A stretch of DNA of 64,000 bases from Lingula anatina (GCA_051362555.1 CM120643.1:6076001-6140000); one strand, 5' to 3'; counted from the stretch's first letter, positions 13,232 to 26,645 are shown. The notes: a model not told the origin generated them from the sequence alone. Made by a program: numbers and translations.

Positions 13232-14858
13232 TTAACGTTAGAACGTGATATTAGACTACAATGTGATTTATTTGACTTTCATTTGAAAAAATGATGTCCT
13301 TTTTGAATGTGGTAGGCATCATGTTTGTAGAATGTGGCGTCTCTTACAATGACCCGTTCGAAAGAAAGTTGAAATAACAAGATTTTGCAAATTAGATAGA
13401 TAATATATAATAATTTATTAAACCAATAAAATACAAATGTATAACATCTGGAATTTTTTGCCCTGTAATAGCACCATTATTGAATAAAACTTTTTAAATG
13501 TACTAGAATGAAATTACGTATTAGTGTGAAAAAGAATTACTGCTGAAGGATAAAAGCTAGATAAAAATCACTTACTACCCTCAAAAACTAAAAGCATCGA
13601 GATACTGGGTAAAAATTTGAATAGAATTTGAGCTGGATCAGTCATGATGGAAGCTGTTTTATTCTTAACCCTATCGAGATAAAATGAATGAATGGAAGTA
13701 TTGGCAAGTGCGACCGCCCATCACATAATCCCAGCAGTTGAGTTAAAACTGGCGGCGAATAAACATGAGTAAACTGAAAAAGAAAAAAGTCTTTTCCATT
13801 CATCAGTACCTCTGGAGATGTCGCGTTGTCTTTTGGCGTAGTCACTGTATCTATTACACCTATACTAACTTATCAGTGTAATGATTGACGTGTGTTTATA
13901 TAACTGTCAATTTCATTCAGGGTAGATAAAGTGAGCTGATAACTTGGTTTTAATCTCTTTTTTAAACAGCTCTCAGAAGTTTATCATTTTTCTCCAATGA
14001 ACAAAGCTTAAGCTAAGTTATTTTCACCTCACCTGTGATAAAATAGATCGCACTACATGTAGTGTGTTTCACCAGCCATAGATAATATACATATTTTAAA
14101 CTACGCAAATAAAGAGTTCCTTTGTTTTCTCCCACTCAAATTTATACTTCTGAGGGCCATGACTCTCTTCGACAGCTTTAGTTATCATCTGAGTGTTAAT
14201 TGAGATTGGCATTTGTTTATGGTAAAATTTGATTTGTTATGTAAATGGTATTTTTCTCTAAGTGGCCTTTGATCCTCTTTTTTTCTGACACTCGCCGCAC
14301 ATTTGTAAAAAAACATCTGGAAAAACTTAAAATAGACGTCTTCGTTACCCTGGCCAGTGGTGGAATCACGAACGCAGGTTTTGATAATTATACAATATAT
14401 GGTGACTTGTGCCCCCCCCCCCCCCCCCCCCCCACTCCATTCAAAGTTGGGGTTTGGAAATATATGATAGTCAACATCAATTTCATACACCACTGTTAAC
14501 GAACTTTAAATATTGAAGACATTTTTCGGCGTTTTCTTCTGTTAAATATTTGTGAGAGTGGGTCAAAATCGTTTTTCAAGTGGTCGCAGGCAGTGTAACA
14601 GGGACACTAGGTAGAGCTACACGAAGTGGGATTGTAGTAATTTTTCTGTGAGCCGTCGTCCTCTACAGCTGGGCATGACGTACCGTCTGGCCACACGGGG
14701 CGCTAGTAGTCTTATCTGGTACAAAAATACTGAAAAGTGATTTTTTAAAAATACTATATGTAAGGGCCCCTGATATTAGAGGGTAGGCACGCCACTGCTC
14801 GTCATCTGTTAAAGGAGAAACTAAAATGATTTTCACTATCAATAAGTACTAGTGTGAT

Positions 14859-15055
14859 AGGGACCATTCCCAGACCCTATCGTACTAACTGTGGATCGAT
14901 CTATCTCCGAGTGGATTCTCGCTAAATTACAGTTAACTTAAGCGGCTTAGATGTCTGTCACGCCTACTGAAACTGCTAGGGGGTAATTATCGTTAAGCAG
15001 CTTCTGTAGGCCTATCGTTCGCATCCACGTACTCAGTGGGAGATCAAATGCCTTG
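14859..15055. mobile_element. Degenerate Harbinger-type MITE, homologous to 16405-16629
   Basis: Shares GATC.ATCTATC, TCTC.CTA.ATTA, GCCTACT and GGGGGTAATTATC blocks, and GGG..CATT / AATGCC termini, with 16405-16629. Confidence 0.5.
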
Positions 15056-15451
15056 AACATGTTCTAAACAATTCCACGCGCTGCTTATATCTTCATTTTA
15101 TTACGCAGGAATCAGGGTGTTGGGAGATCGATTATAGAAATAAGAACGGTTGAGAGAACAGAAAATATTTGATCAATCTTTAACTAGAGAGGGGATTTAA
15201 ATGATACTATTAGGCTCCATAGAGGCGTTCAAAAATTGTGCTGCTGTCGGTATTTCACGAAGTCAGCAAGGGGTATTGGACATAGTTTTCACTCAGCAAT
15301 AACCACGCCTCGGTGTATGGGAGTTGTAGATCCCACACTGAAAATGCCAATAAAAAATGAAAATTTACCCCCAAAAATTCATTACAAAAAAAAAAAAAAA
15401 AAAGAAAAAAAAAGAAATAAAATAAAAATAATCCAATGAGACTAGTATTCT

Positions 15452-15720
15452 GCAGTGGTGGATTTGGGGGGGGGGGGGGGGGGGGTCAGGAGGTCCTGAC
15501 CCCCCTCCTTCGGTTTCTGAAAAATATATCACAACCAATATTCCCCTCTTGAAATTAGAATTTTGACTAGCTGAATCATAGTTCTAAACCATACCAAGTG
15601 GTGCCATTCACCCTCTAAAATACCAATTTTTTCTGGCCCTTTACCACACGCCACTGGGGGGTTGGGGGGGGAAGGGGGGTAAATGGTCAGCTTCACATCC
15701 GCGGACACCCCCCCCCCCAG
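15452..15720 (-). mobile_element. Copy of the 522-729 MITE family in reverse orientation
   Basis: GAAATTAGAATTTTGA.TAGCTGAATCATAGTTCTAAACC and CCCTCTAAAATACCAATTTTTTC are reverse complements of 610-692. Confidence 0.7.
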
Positions 15721-16404
15721 TGGCAGTAATAGGGTTTTTGTCAATTTTAATGTAATATTACATAATGCTTAATCACCACCAATTTTAATCATGCACAGCA
15801 GGTAACATAGATATTCAGGAAATGTGACAAGCAAAAGGTCTTCAGGAAGATGGAAGTTGAAGATCACACCTTAAATTAGTGAAAAATGAAAATTTCACAA
15901 AAATTGTCCAACTTTATGAAGAATGTTTAATTTAGTAATATACATCATTCCTTTAGTTTGAAGAGAATAGTAGGTCAAATTGTTTTTCCTCAAAGGGTGA
16001 TATCTGCAGACATGAACCTAGGTTTCAAAAAAAAAAAAATTAATAATAATAAAAAAATAAAATAAAAAAAAAACCTCTGAACATTTATCATGGGACCCTA
16101 CACCTAACCAGCCAGGGGTCCGGGGGCCACCTTAGGAATTGAATTAAAAAACACAGAAATTCCGCGGTTCCATGGAAAAAGCTCATGTCCGTATCTGTAT
16201 TGCATTTATACTGAAGTAAATACAGAAACCAACAACTTTTGAAAAAAATGGTACAACCAAGTGGATTTTCTACCTCCACCTGTACTTAATGAATACTTAT
16301 CAGTTGTATAAGTTTGAAAAAATAAGTTTACATAGTTTTCTTATAATAATATTTTAGTTAAACCATCACTTGAAATGCACTGCCACTTTTTGTTGAAGAT
16401 CTTA

Positions 16405-16629
16405 GGGTGCATTCCTATAGATTTAAGATCCATCTATCCCAATGGGGAGTCTCACTAGATTAGATAGATTAGATGTCAGATAATCTGGCTTAAATGTCCT
16501 TCCTGCCTACTACAAGCTGTAAGGGGGTAATTATCTTCCGTCCGTGGTCAGCTGACTGCAATTTAGCATGAACCCCCAGGGAGTTAGGTCGATCTAGTGA
16601 GATCGTTCTAATTCTCTGGGAATGCCCTC
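16405..16629. mobile_element. PIF/Harbinger-type MITE
   Basis: TTA|GGGTGCATTCC ... GGAATGCCCTC|TTA: imperfect TIRs with TTA flanks, plus an internal TCTCACTAGAT/ATCTAGTGAGA stem. Confidence 0.55.
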
Positions 16630-17741
16630 TTACATTTCCTCTGTAGCTGCTGCTTAAATTGCAATACCTCATGTGAATTGGCTTCAGAATAGATGGTTAT
16701 TTACTATGTAAGAGAGCAAGAAAGTTTTATATGTATTTTGTTTCATTTAGTTTTTAGGGACTTCTTTAAATACAATTTTTTAAAAATTATCCTAGTATTT
16801 GAAGTAAAGTTCTTAGCTTTTAAATCTTCAGAGTTAAGACAATAACCCATTTCACGCGTTCAAGTTGGATAATTTTATTTTGTTAGTACATCTTTAGGTT
16901 TACTATTTAGAAAATGATTTCCCATCATATTTGATCTGTTTCTACCTGTAGTGAAACAAAGAAAGCTGAGACGCAGTTTTTTGGTGCACAGAGAATTTTG
17001 AGTGTAAAAGGTAAAAGAGACGAAATGTTAACAACTACTTAGTTTACCTTTTCAATATACTTTTAGCTTGAAAATGGCTTTTATATTGTTATTTTTGCTG
17101 AATTTGAGCAACTTTATACAACTCTAATGAATATGCATTATAGGGCAGTCATCACCTACTTTGATGGAATGAAATATTTCTAATAATACTTTTAAACATC
17201 TTTTATTTCCAGACAACATGAAAGGTGTACAATGCTTTACACCTCTAACAATTCAATTAGTGAGATAACAAATCTAACATCAGAACATTCAACATAACTC
17301 ACCATAAACATTTCCCTTCTGCAAGCATTTGCCTCATTTTCAATTTCCATATTACTGTGATTACAGGACCAACCTGGAAGGGGGTGATTAAGACACCCCT
17401 GCACACCCCTTAAACAATCAGAGTGTACCCCAATACTGTAACTTTAACACTGTCTTCACACCAAATGTCAGTCACTATGTCAGTGCTCAAAGACAATATA
17501 AGAAAACAGAATTCATTATTTTTTAAAGTCACTTGTGAAGATTCTCAACCATGAATATGCACTATTATGATATGGCCTTGTTTATATTACTAGCAAGACC
17601 AAGAATAAAAAGGCCTAGATTACAGCTAGTGCACTTGGTTTCAGATTATTGTTCAACATTCATTGGCTCCATTCTTTTTTTATGTCAGTGGAGAGTTATC
17701 AAATCCTCTTCAATGCTGTCAGGAAGCACTTCAAAGGTCTC

Positions 17742-20700
17742 CTAATTATTGGGTAACCTGTAAAAAAGCAAATGAAAAACTTCAATATTTCATGATGAAA
17801 CACTAAAGCCATGCAGTATTCTACAGCAAAAACCTTATAATCTTATTACAAAAATTATTTAACTCCACACAGTGCCAAAAAGTGTTAATTTTGAAAATAT
17901 TGTACCTAAAACCCTTTACACTGGACAGCGTCCTTTCTGCTTCCTTTGTGCAACCATGAAACTGGCATTGCTGTGGTTGTAGAAAGGAGCCACAAGCATG
18001 ACTTTGGTTGCAAAATGAATGCTCAATGATCAGCCAGTTGTCAGAACGTACTCAGTAATTTATTTAAATTTCAAACGCGGCCGTACTACAGAATGCAGAA
18101 AGGACGCCACCCAATGTAAAGGGGGCTTAAGAAAAGAGACAGAAAAACTGGCAAATGTACAGGCACAAGTCTTAGTAAATATAGCCACACAGCAAATATG
18201 AAGTAAAAACAAGGCAGCAAAGCTGTCAAATGTAGAAACACAAAGCAGAAAATAAAGATGCAGAAAATAGGTCATTTTGTCAAATCTGATGCAATTTAAT
18301 AAATAATGTTTATAACAGCACAGTCAATCAACACTAAAATTTAATCATGCACAATAGGTAACATGGTCAATAAGATTACAGTTTCACATATTGTGAAAAA
18401 TGAGAAAAATGATAGTGCATAAAATAATTTTGTATAATGTTTAAAGGTATTAACACCAATATTATAGCTTATGTGGAAATACAGAAAATGTACAAAGCTT
18501 CGGGTGTGTGGGATCACATCTTGAAGATGCCAGTGTTTGAAAAAAAAAATTAAAATAAAACATAACAAACAATATTCCAATAAAGCTGCTATTCAAACTT
18601 TTAATCTAGTTTTATTAACACGATATGAATAACCCCAGTGAGTATGAGGATAATAAGGCACTGTTATTCATCTATAGCATTTATGTTAGCATTACACAAA
18701 ATAATTTTTTTCTTTTGTAAAATTACATGCAATATCAAGCAACATTTACCTGCATAATTATCACTGATTCCTAATTATGTGACACTGTTAATTTCAGACT
18801 TTTACAAACTGTATCTGGCAGAGAGCTAAACATATGGGAGTTTACAGGGAAATCTCAACATATGTGTAATGTATGTTTACTAATGTAATCTCATTCAATG
18901 GCCAGAAAAATCAACCAATAAGACTTGTTTTCCAGCTAAAGCTGTATTTAAGTCCTGTTTCTTTCCTGTAATTTCAGTCATGATGAAACTGTAGGTCTGA
19001 TCACTGATGACCAGCCAAAACTTGTCAAGATGGTAAAAAATTGTACTTCGGCAGTCCAAAGGACCAGCAAGATTTTTAAGTGTCACCATTTTGAATTTAC
19101 AGTCATCATTTGACATACTTCACTAACAGCGTTTTTTTTTTCCCCCTCCATTTACTTATCAGGCAAGATATAAAAAATGATAACATTCACAGACAAAGTA
19201 AGCTAGCCAATCATAGTATCTCTCTCAAACAAATAGAGTGATTCCCTATGGGGAAGCCCCCTGCTCCCGATATTACTTGCTCTGGCATTGTCTATTGCTC
19301 ACGACACACAGACAGCTATCAAGAGAGTGGTCCATGCTGCCAAGCATATGTTAACACGGCAGGGCAAATGTTTCCTGACAAACTTTTTTCTTTGAAAATA
19401 ACGTTGGTAGCATAGAAATGAGGTCACCTGATTAACTCAGTAAATTTGATTTCTCAGTTATTGGTACTTCTGTTTATATTCAGCCTGCGGCATATCACTG
19501 TTTTACGTAAAGATGGTTTAAAAGTTTGGTCAATTCTTCGAACGCGATTCGTGGTGAAAGAACATAAGGCCACACTTTTTTATTTTTATGGATGACATCC
19601 TCTGGGGACCCCGAAATCTGTGTGAGAGGGTGAAAAAAAAAAAAAATACTGCTTAAGTAAAGGAATGCTGAATGTTTCTTGCTAAACGGTAAAACAGTTT
19701 TCCACTTATCATGTTATTGGTGTTGGATACACGCTAAAAAAAAAAAAAAAAGCTTAAAAACAGCCTTACTTTTCACAAAATGGTCCAATCATGCTGATTT
19801 TTTAGCTTGACCCGCGTTTTATGAATATTCATCAGTTCTGTAAGTTTCAAGCGAAAAGGTAAAATGGCTTTCCACTAATCGTGTTAACAGTGAAAGTGCA
19901 TGGCGACGACAACAACGACAGACGCAGGTAACTGCTATATGTAGAGACACATCTGTGTTTGTACATAAAAGACTGCGGAGATGAGAAAATATCAATAGAA
20001 CAATTTTAAATTTCCAATTTGCACCATTTTGAGATTCTGAACATAGTGAGAGATTGAAACTGCACTGATGTGACTTTATTTCCATTTCTGACACTATATT
20101 ACACAATACAAGGTTACAGGTTAACCATCATTTTTATACAATCAACTACCAAAATTGTTTAGGTGCAGAAAATGCCAAAAGAACACTTTTACATGACTGT
20201 CTAATTAGTTCAATAATGACACTGTTAACATGCCTAAGAATCAAATTCATGGTGGATAAAATATGCTGAAAAAAGTAAAAAACAGCACAACTTTTGGAGA
20301 AATGGTCTGATCAGACTGATTTTTAAACTTGACCTGTATTTTATGTATACTCATCAGTTCTGCAAGTTTGAAGACAAAAATTGAAATGGTTTTCATTTTA
20401 ATTGTATAACCATAGATTAAATATCCTAAAAAAAACCCCAAAAAACAGAATAACTTTTTGAAAAATGGTATGGAACAGGCTGACTTTCAAACTTAAGCTG
20501 TATTTTATGAATATTCATCAGTTCCGACACAAGATAGTTTCACGTTTTTTATCCAATAAGGGTAGATAGAATATGCTGAAAAAAAAATGGAACAATGGTC
20601 TGATCAGGCTGATTTTGGCATTTCACTTGTGTTTTTATGAATATTCATCAGTTCTATGAGCTTAAAGATTAAAGGTAAAACAGTATTCATATTAGTTTAC

Positions 20701-23700
20701 TCTGAAGTGCCTAATAATAGTGCCGGCACGATTATTTTTTTCCCGGAAATTTTCCACCCGGCACAATCTTATTTTCCCTAGCACGATTAAGAATATCCAC
20801 ACGGGCACAATTATTCGGCTAGGCACTATTATTAATTTCTGAAAATTTTCAGGGGGCACAATTATTCCAGTAGGCACTATTATTTGGCACTTCAGAGTAC
20901 TGTTATGTAATAATGAAAGTGCACGATGACGACAACGACAGCATAAGCAAAGGCTATATGTGCAGACACATCCGTCTGTACAGAAAAAAATGGTAAGATC
21001 ATGCTGATTTTCAAATTCGACCTGAATTTATGAATATTCATCAGTTCGAAGAGATTAGGTCAATGTGTCTGTACATAAAAACTGACACCAATTCCAGTGT
21101 TGGGCTTGACAAGCTCTACAAAATGCAACAAACAAGAGGTCTCTGGCATTTTAAGTTCAAAAATAGGTGTAAGAGACTTATGAGTTTTGGCACCAAATGA
21201 CTGCTTCTCCCATAGAAATGCACCGATTGACCTCAAACTTAAGAAGATGAAAGGAGACCATAAGAGTAACACTTCATTATAATATGACAGCTTAGGTCTG
21301 TGTAGTTTCTGAAAAAAGGCAAAACCTTTTTTTTCTTTTTGCAAAATCTTGGCCGGTTTGACATTGAAAGGATCATTTGCAACAATTGCTACTGGAAAGA
21401 AAGCTACTAGTAAATAAGAAATGTTTGAAAAGAAGACCAAGAACAACATACATGGACAACATAAAAGAATAAACAGGTCAAAAAAAGTATAGTTCAAGTA
21501 TTTGAGAGATGTGGTGATCCATGACAGTCAACCTGCTATGAATGGATGGCACCCAGTGATGATGAAGTACACTCAATTTATATAACAATTTTGGGTAAAT
21601 AGTTTTAAGGCCCAGATCTCAAAACAAGGATGACTTTTATTGTCAGTTATCAATTTCTGTATTCTTAGCTTAGTTATGCCAAAAAATTCTACTTTGTGCA
21701 AAACAGGCAGCAAGCAACCCCCCCCCCCAAAAAAAAAAACAAGGAAAAAGTACAAATAGCAATAAGATTCTATCACAAAGTGTTACGTCTACCTCTTTCA
21801 CAATATTTTTAAAGAATTACTCTGTTCAGAAAACTTAGTGTTACTTCCTTACCTTATGTGAGGGATTTTTTCCAATTCCTCCTTCAAAAACTTGTGCAAA
21901 CTTGCAGATTTCTCTTTCACCATAAAAAAAGGCACCTCTAGAACCTCTCTGTATCCTGCTTGATATAGGAATTTTTTGTAAGCCTTTGCTTCACCTGGTG
22001 AATAAAAAAACCCAAATCAATGTTAACATAAAACATATTTCAATGTCTTACTGAGAGGAAATGTGTGCCTGAATGCACTGAAAAATTAATATTTACACAA
22101 AGAAAACCTAATCATGTCAAAACTTTATCACATAGACATATAACCATTCAAATTAAGATGGCCTCTGTTTAAAACATGAAATAATACACTGTTACCTGGG
22201 AAATATATACCACAGTTACATGCTGTGATTCAGTGAGGCAGAGTATAGTACTTATTATTTGACATGAATACACAGAGAGAAAGTACTCAAATTTCACAAA
22301 AAAAAAAAAAAAAAAAAAGGTACATAGCCACAGTCAAATTTATATAACATCTATAGGTATAACTGATAAATGCTTATTGAAATCAACAAGGCAGGTGCAC
22401 AGCTTGCTACTTACATATGTTGAATTTATATGAGATGTGTACTATACAAGCGTCAGTTGTCTACGTTACTCTCTACTGATACATCATTGTTGTCCTTTGT
22501 ACCCTATTGTTATTCTCAGTACCCCATTGTTGTTATGGCTATATAAGCTGGCCCTCAGTGGGTAACCAGCAAGTATATAGAAGAAATAGGCTCAATACAC
22601 TGAAGTCAAGCTTGTGTTAGTTATAACCCCAAGCTGCTCATGGCAGCAGGGTGGGATTACTAAAGCTATCTCTACATACAACAACCACATTTTTAACTCA
22701 CCAGTTAACATTGGCTTGTTGATAAAGAAATCTTCATCATGAAGAATCCATACTGCTATTCTTCTCCATCTTTCTGGCAAGGCAGACATGTTTTCCATTT
22801 TGAGGAACCCATTTTCATCAAAGACTCTGGGCACCAGCTTCATGTCTACAGGCTCATTTAATTCATTCAAACAGAACTCCACAACAGCACGATATATGGG
22901 AAGTACTGGTGTGACTCTTGCCATGTGGGGACCACCAAGAATCCTCCGTACAGCTGCTGAAACAGCCTGCGTTGAGGAATGCTGACATCTGATTTTCAAT
23001 TTCTCTGCCCAGTATTGAATACCATCTGCTTTGTATAGGCTTGGTGGAATCTTCTCAACATACTTGTCAATTTGCTCTATTTCTAACCTTCCACACAACT
23101 CCACAATCCACATACACCCTTGAGGCTTCATGACATTTAATGATTCCTCCTTCATCAGACCAGACTGGAAACAACTATCAAGAATTCCACTGAAGACTTC
23201 ATAATAGCCATGACGGCACATCAAATGACAAGCAATGGAAAGCAATTTGAAAGGAGGGATATTTCTCCCTTGATTTTGCACTAAATCAACCACTTTTTTT
23301 AAAAAAGCAATATTTGTATTGCAATCCATTAGTAGGTAAGCTTGAACTAATCTATAACCATCCTCCCCATCGATATCTTGTGCATTACTCTGAAGTGCCA
23401 AATAAACGTGCCGGCACGTTTATTTTTTTTCCGGAAATTTTCCACCCGGCACGATCTTATTCTCCCCGGCACGATTAATAATTTTCCACACGGCACGGTT
23501 ATTTGGCACTCACTGTGCCGGTTGGAAATATTTTTGATCGTTTCGGAAATGTTGATGATCGTTTCATTTGACAAGTTAATAATTATTAATGACCTGTCGC
23601 AAGCACTACACTCGAACTTGTTTTTAGTGTTTCTCCAGCATATAAAGAGCGAGGCGCCGCGCTGAAATTTGTCGAAAGCACCGCCTCGCTGGGCTGAATG

Positions 23701-26425
23701 GAACAAAAAAGTATATTTTCACTCATGCTAACTGAAATTTATATTTATTTCTAAGCAAATATGGCATTCTATTTACATACTGTACGTAATCCCATGCTTC
23801 TGAGCACTTGATTTAGTAGTAACGAAAATACGCATGCGCGTATGCTATCTCCCTGTGAGTGCCTCGTTTTCGCAGTTCTGTGCTTTATTTGAAGTATACG
23901 AGACAGAGCGAAACGAGGCAACTGCTCTCGACAACATTTAGTCACATGTCACAAATACACTTTCTCTGTCACTTCGTCATGTTCCGAAATTAAGACCGCC
24001 TGTTGTGTGTTTTTATAGTTTACGTTTATTCACTGATAAAAATGGAGAAAATTAAGTGCACTTTGTTGATTTTATAAATTTGGAGAAGATTTTCTACTGA
24101 TTTACGGGTTAGTTTTGTGAAAGCAGTAGCGTTGTAAAACTGGGTCACGTCAGTATTTCGCGTGCATTGAATATGAATTTCCATGACTAAATAGAATCAT
24201 GTAAATGAACAAACGAAGAACTCAAATTGGTGATAAGTGTGATTTTAATCTCTTTAATTCTGAAAAATTCATTTCACGGTGTTTGAAGTTGTTGATTATA
24301 AATTACATCTCAAACTACGTATAATTAGTAGCGGGAGTCGCTTTGCGCTGAACGACAGGAGAGAACATTTTTTGCGGCAGTTTTATTTAAGGATGAAGCG
24401 CTCCCACACGCAAAGTCAATTGACCAGTTACTTTCAGAAAGGTGAAAAATGGTAAGAACAACATATTATATCAACTTTTTGGTCAATCCAAAAATAATTC
24501 AATATAGGAAGCCCTTTTTCTTGATTCCTGTAAGTATTAAAGTAGTTAATTTTTTTTTTTCTTTTTGAAATAGTATGTTCTATAATTTTTGAAAGTTTAA
24601 ATTAGCATTATAGGAACTGCTGCTGCTGAACCTTAAACTTCAAGATTGACTAAACTGAGTGAATGCATAGACAGGAAAATAATTTTGTCTTAACCTTTGT
24701 TATGTCATTACTAAATTAATTCCTCAAAACATCTAAAACAAGACAATTCAGTGACACATAAGATGTAAAAAAAAATTACATAAATACCCTAAAATGCACC
24801 AAATTGCACCTCGATTGAAAAAAATTTTCCAGGGGAGCTTGGTGATAGAGATTACTCTAAATAGTTAAAATATGTTAAACTATGTGTATAAAATCAAAGG
24901 TTAATTTGTCTAGATATTGTGTTTTTTATGTTTAATAAACATAATTTTTCCAGATTTGAATATAATTTAAAATTGCCATTACAATTATTCATTGAAATTA
25001 TTAAAATTGATAAAATTTTCCGGGGGGCACAGTTATTCCGCTAGGCACTGTTATTAAATATCGGGAATTTTTCCAGGGGGCACAGTTATTCCGCTAGGCA
25101 CTGTTATTAATTTTGGAAAGTTTTCCGGGGGGCACTGTTATTCCGGTAGGCACTCTTATTCGGCACTTCAGAGTAGCCACAAAGTTCTCAGCAACTTTCA
25201 ACAGCATTTCATGATCAGAATAATACATTACACTAAATTGCCATGTAATACCAATTTGCTGTCTCAATGGCAACAAAGATGCATGCTTCTTAAATATCTC
25301 AGCAAGTTCTGTAACATATTGTACATCCATGAAACCTTTATTCAACTTCTGCTTTCGGGCTAAGCCCAACATCCACTTAATGCACAGAAATGCAAGTCTC
25401 TTGTATTCTTCAGTTCCATCACAAAGCAGAATCTCCAACCCCTTCCATAAAATGTCAGAGGGCACCAAATATTCAACATTATTACAGAGACTGACATACC
25501 TGTACACTTCTCTCGGCTCAGAGAATTCACTGTCGAATTTCAGCTCCTGTAAAAAATGTCTTACATCATTTTCATCCACCCATTTTCCTTCCAGTGCACA
25601 AGAATAGTGTGTTGCAGATTGTAGAACACTAACAAGCCAGTGAATTTCTTTGCCTCCAAGTTCTTTCCTCTCTAGCTTTGCCTCACTCATCAAGTGCTTT
25701 AAGAAAATCCTCATCTGCTCTTCAAGGTAATTCTGCTTGTGTAGTACAGACAGATGTAACCATTGATGGCAGGCATCTATCCTAATCTTAACATGCCATT
25801 CGGACCATACCTGTGACATGTGTCTCTCCAGTTCTTTATAAAACTGAAGGATTTCTGGAGATGGCTGAATTAAAACCCCAACTAACAACAATCTGTTTAA
25901 CTGACGTAGAACACTTCCCTCCATCAAACCTTTGTCGAGGATGGTTAGCAGGGCTGATGATAACCTGTCATCTTGTAAAAGATGAGTGTTTTGATATGTT
26001 GGCGAATCCCTCAAACATTTAAGACTAACAGCATATATATACGGTAGAACTCCGCCAAGGTCCTTTTCAGCTTCACGAGCACCGTTCTCGTAATCACTAA
26101 TAATCTCCGCTTCGCTCCTTCCATCTTGCAAAAGGTACTCCTTCGCAACTCTTTCCAAATGATCTTGGTTGCGTCTGATGATGACGTTATATTCAATTTT
26201 CCGTGGATTTTTTGTAGAATATGACAGCTCAGTCCCAGTGGTAACTTTCCCCATCGTCCAACCCCACATCATGTGAGGGCTTCGCCTTCGGAGTTGAGAG
26301 ACGGCACATGTAAATCGCAGCGATTGATGGCATCGCGAGGGTTGTGCCAAACACTGAGTTATTCTACCAACAAAACTGGGTCGACTACAACTTCGGTAGA
26401 CATATCTCAGTGCCGAATAAAACAT
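17742..26425 (-). CDS. FAST kinase domain (FASTKD/TBRG4 family) RAP-domain protein, putatively mitochondrial; exon 1 interrupted by a transposon
   Basis: Segments 26425-25174 + 23385-22702 (exon 1 after removing the TE and one TA), 21994-21853 and 17757-17742 total 2094 nt = 697 aa. It has an Arg/Ser-rich, acid-free N-terminus (MFYSALRYVYRSCSRPSF..), a helical Leu-rich body and a C-terminal RAP-like motif RRIAVWILHDEDFFINKPMLTGEAKAYKKFLYQAGYREVLEVPFF. The last short exon (RLPNN*) is less certain. Confidence 0.7.
17912..18123. mobile_element. piggyBac-like MITE fossil
   Basis: CCCTTTACACTGG..GCGTCCTTTCTGC pairs with GCAGAAAGGACGC..CCAATGTAAAGGG. It has CCC/GGG termini; the TTAA flanks are degenerate. 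Confidence 0.45.
19660..21080 (+). mobile_element. Cluster of HINE-type (Helentron-associated) fragments in the FASTKD intron
   Basis: Repeated ~160-bp core (TTGACCTG..TTATGAATATTCATCAGTTCTGTAAGTTT), (ACG/ACA)n microsatellite and hairpin end ..ACACATCTGTGT.TGTACATAAAA at ~19900-19970 and ~20925-20990. Confidence 0.65.
20700..20897. mobile_element. 198-bp MITE of the same family as 23388-25173, nested in a HINE
   Basis: TA|CTCTGAAGTGCC ... GGCACTTCAGAG|TA with repeated GGCAC.ATTATT motifs. Confidence 0.85.
21090..21370 (+). mobile_element. Internal fragment of the HINE family found at 4921-7554
   Basis: CCAGTGTTGGGCTT.ACA.GCTCTACAAAATGCAA and AATGCACCGATTGACC match 6868-7090. Confidence 0.65.
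23388..25173. mobile_element. 1786-bp non-autonomous DNA transposon with TA TSD (Tc1/mariner-pogo-like) inserted in a coding exon
   Basis: TIR CTCTGAAGTGCC(A/G)AATAA at both ends; TA at 23386-7 and 25174-5; arrays of GGCAC-nTTATT subterminal motifs; no long ORF. Confidence 0.9.
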
Positions 26426-26519
26426 GATTACATGATTAAAATGTTCCCAGTACTGAACACGTCCATGGCCTCCACCTCGACCACGAGGCAGTTGAGGCAA
26501 GCTCGCATTTGTAGAAACG

Positions 26520-26645
26520 GCAGGTCAGGTCACAAAATGGCGGAAAACGGCATTTCAGGCTACAAGAAAAAATGACATAAAAAGCGGAACCTTATACCAA
26601 GGAATAAACACCCCTTTCAACGCAATCTGACGTGAACAGCCCAAA
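26520..26645. promoter_or_regulatory. Probable promoter region of the FASTKD gene
   Basis: CpG-rich patch with a YY1-type CAAAATGGCGG at 26533-26543 and AGGTCA half-sites at 26522-26532, ~100 nt upstream of the ATG. Confidence 0.4.

Noticed and set aside
14688-14706. CTCF site (TGGCCACACGGGGCGCTA)
   Set aside because: It is one base short of the consensus spacing and is a single unsupported match.
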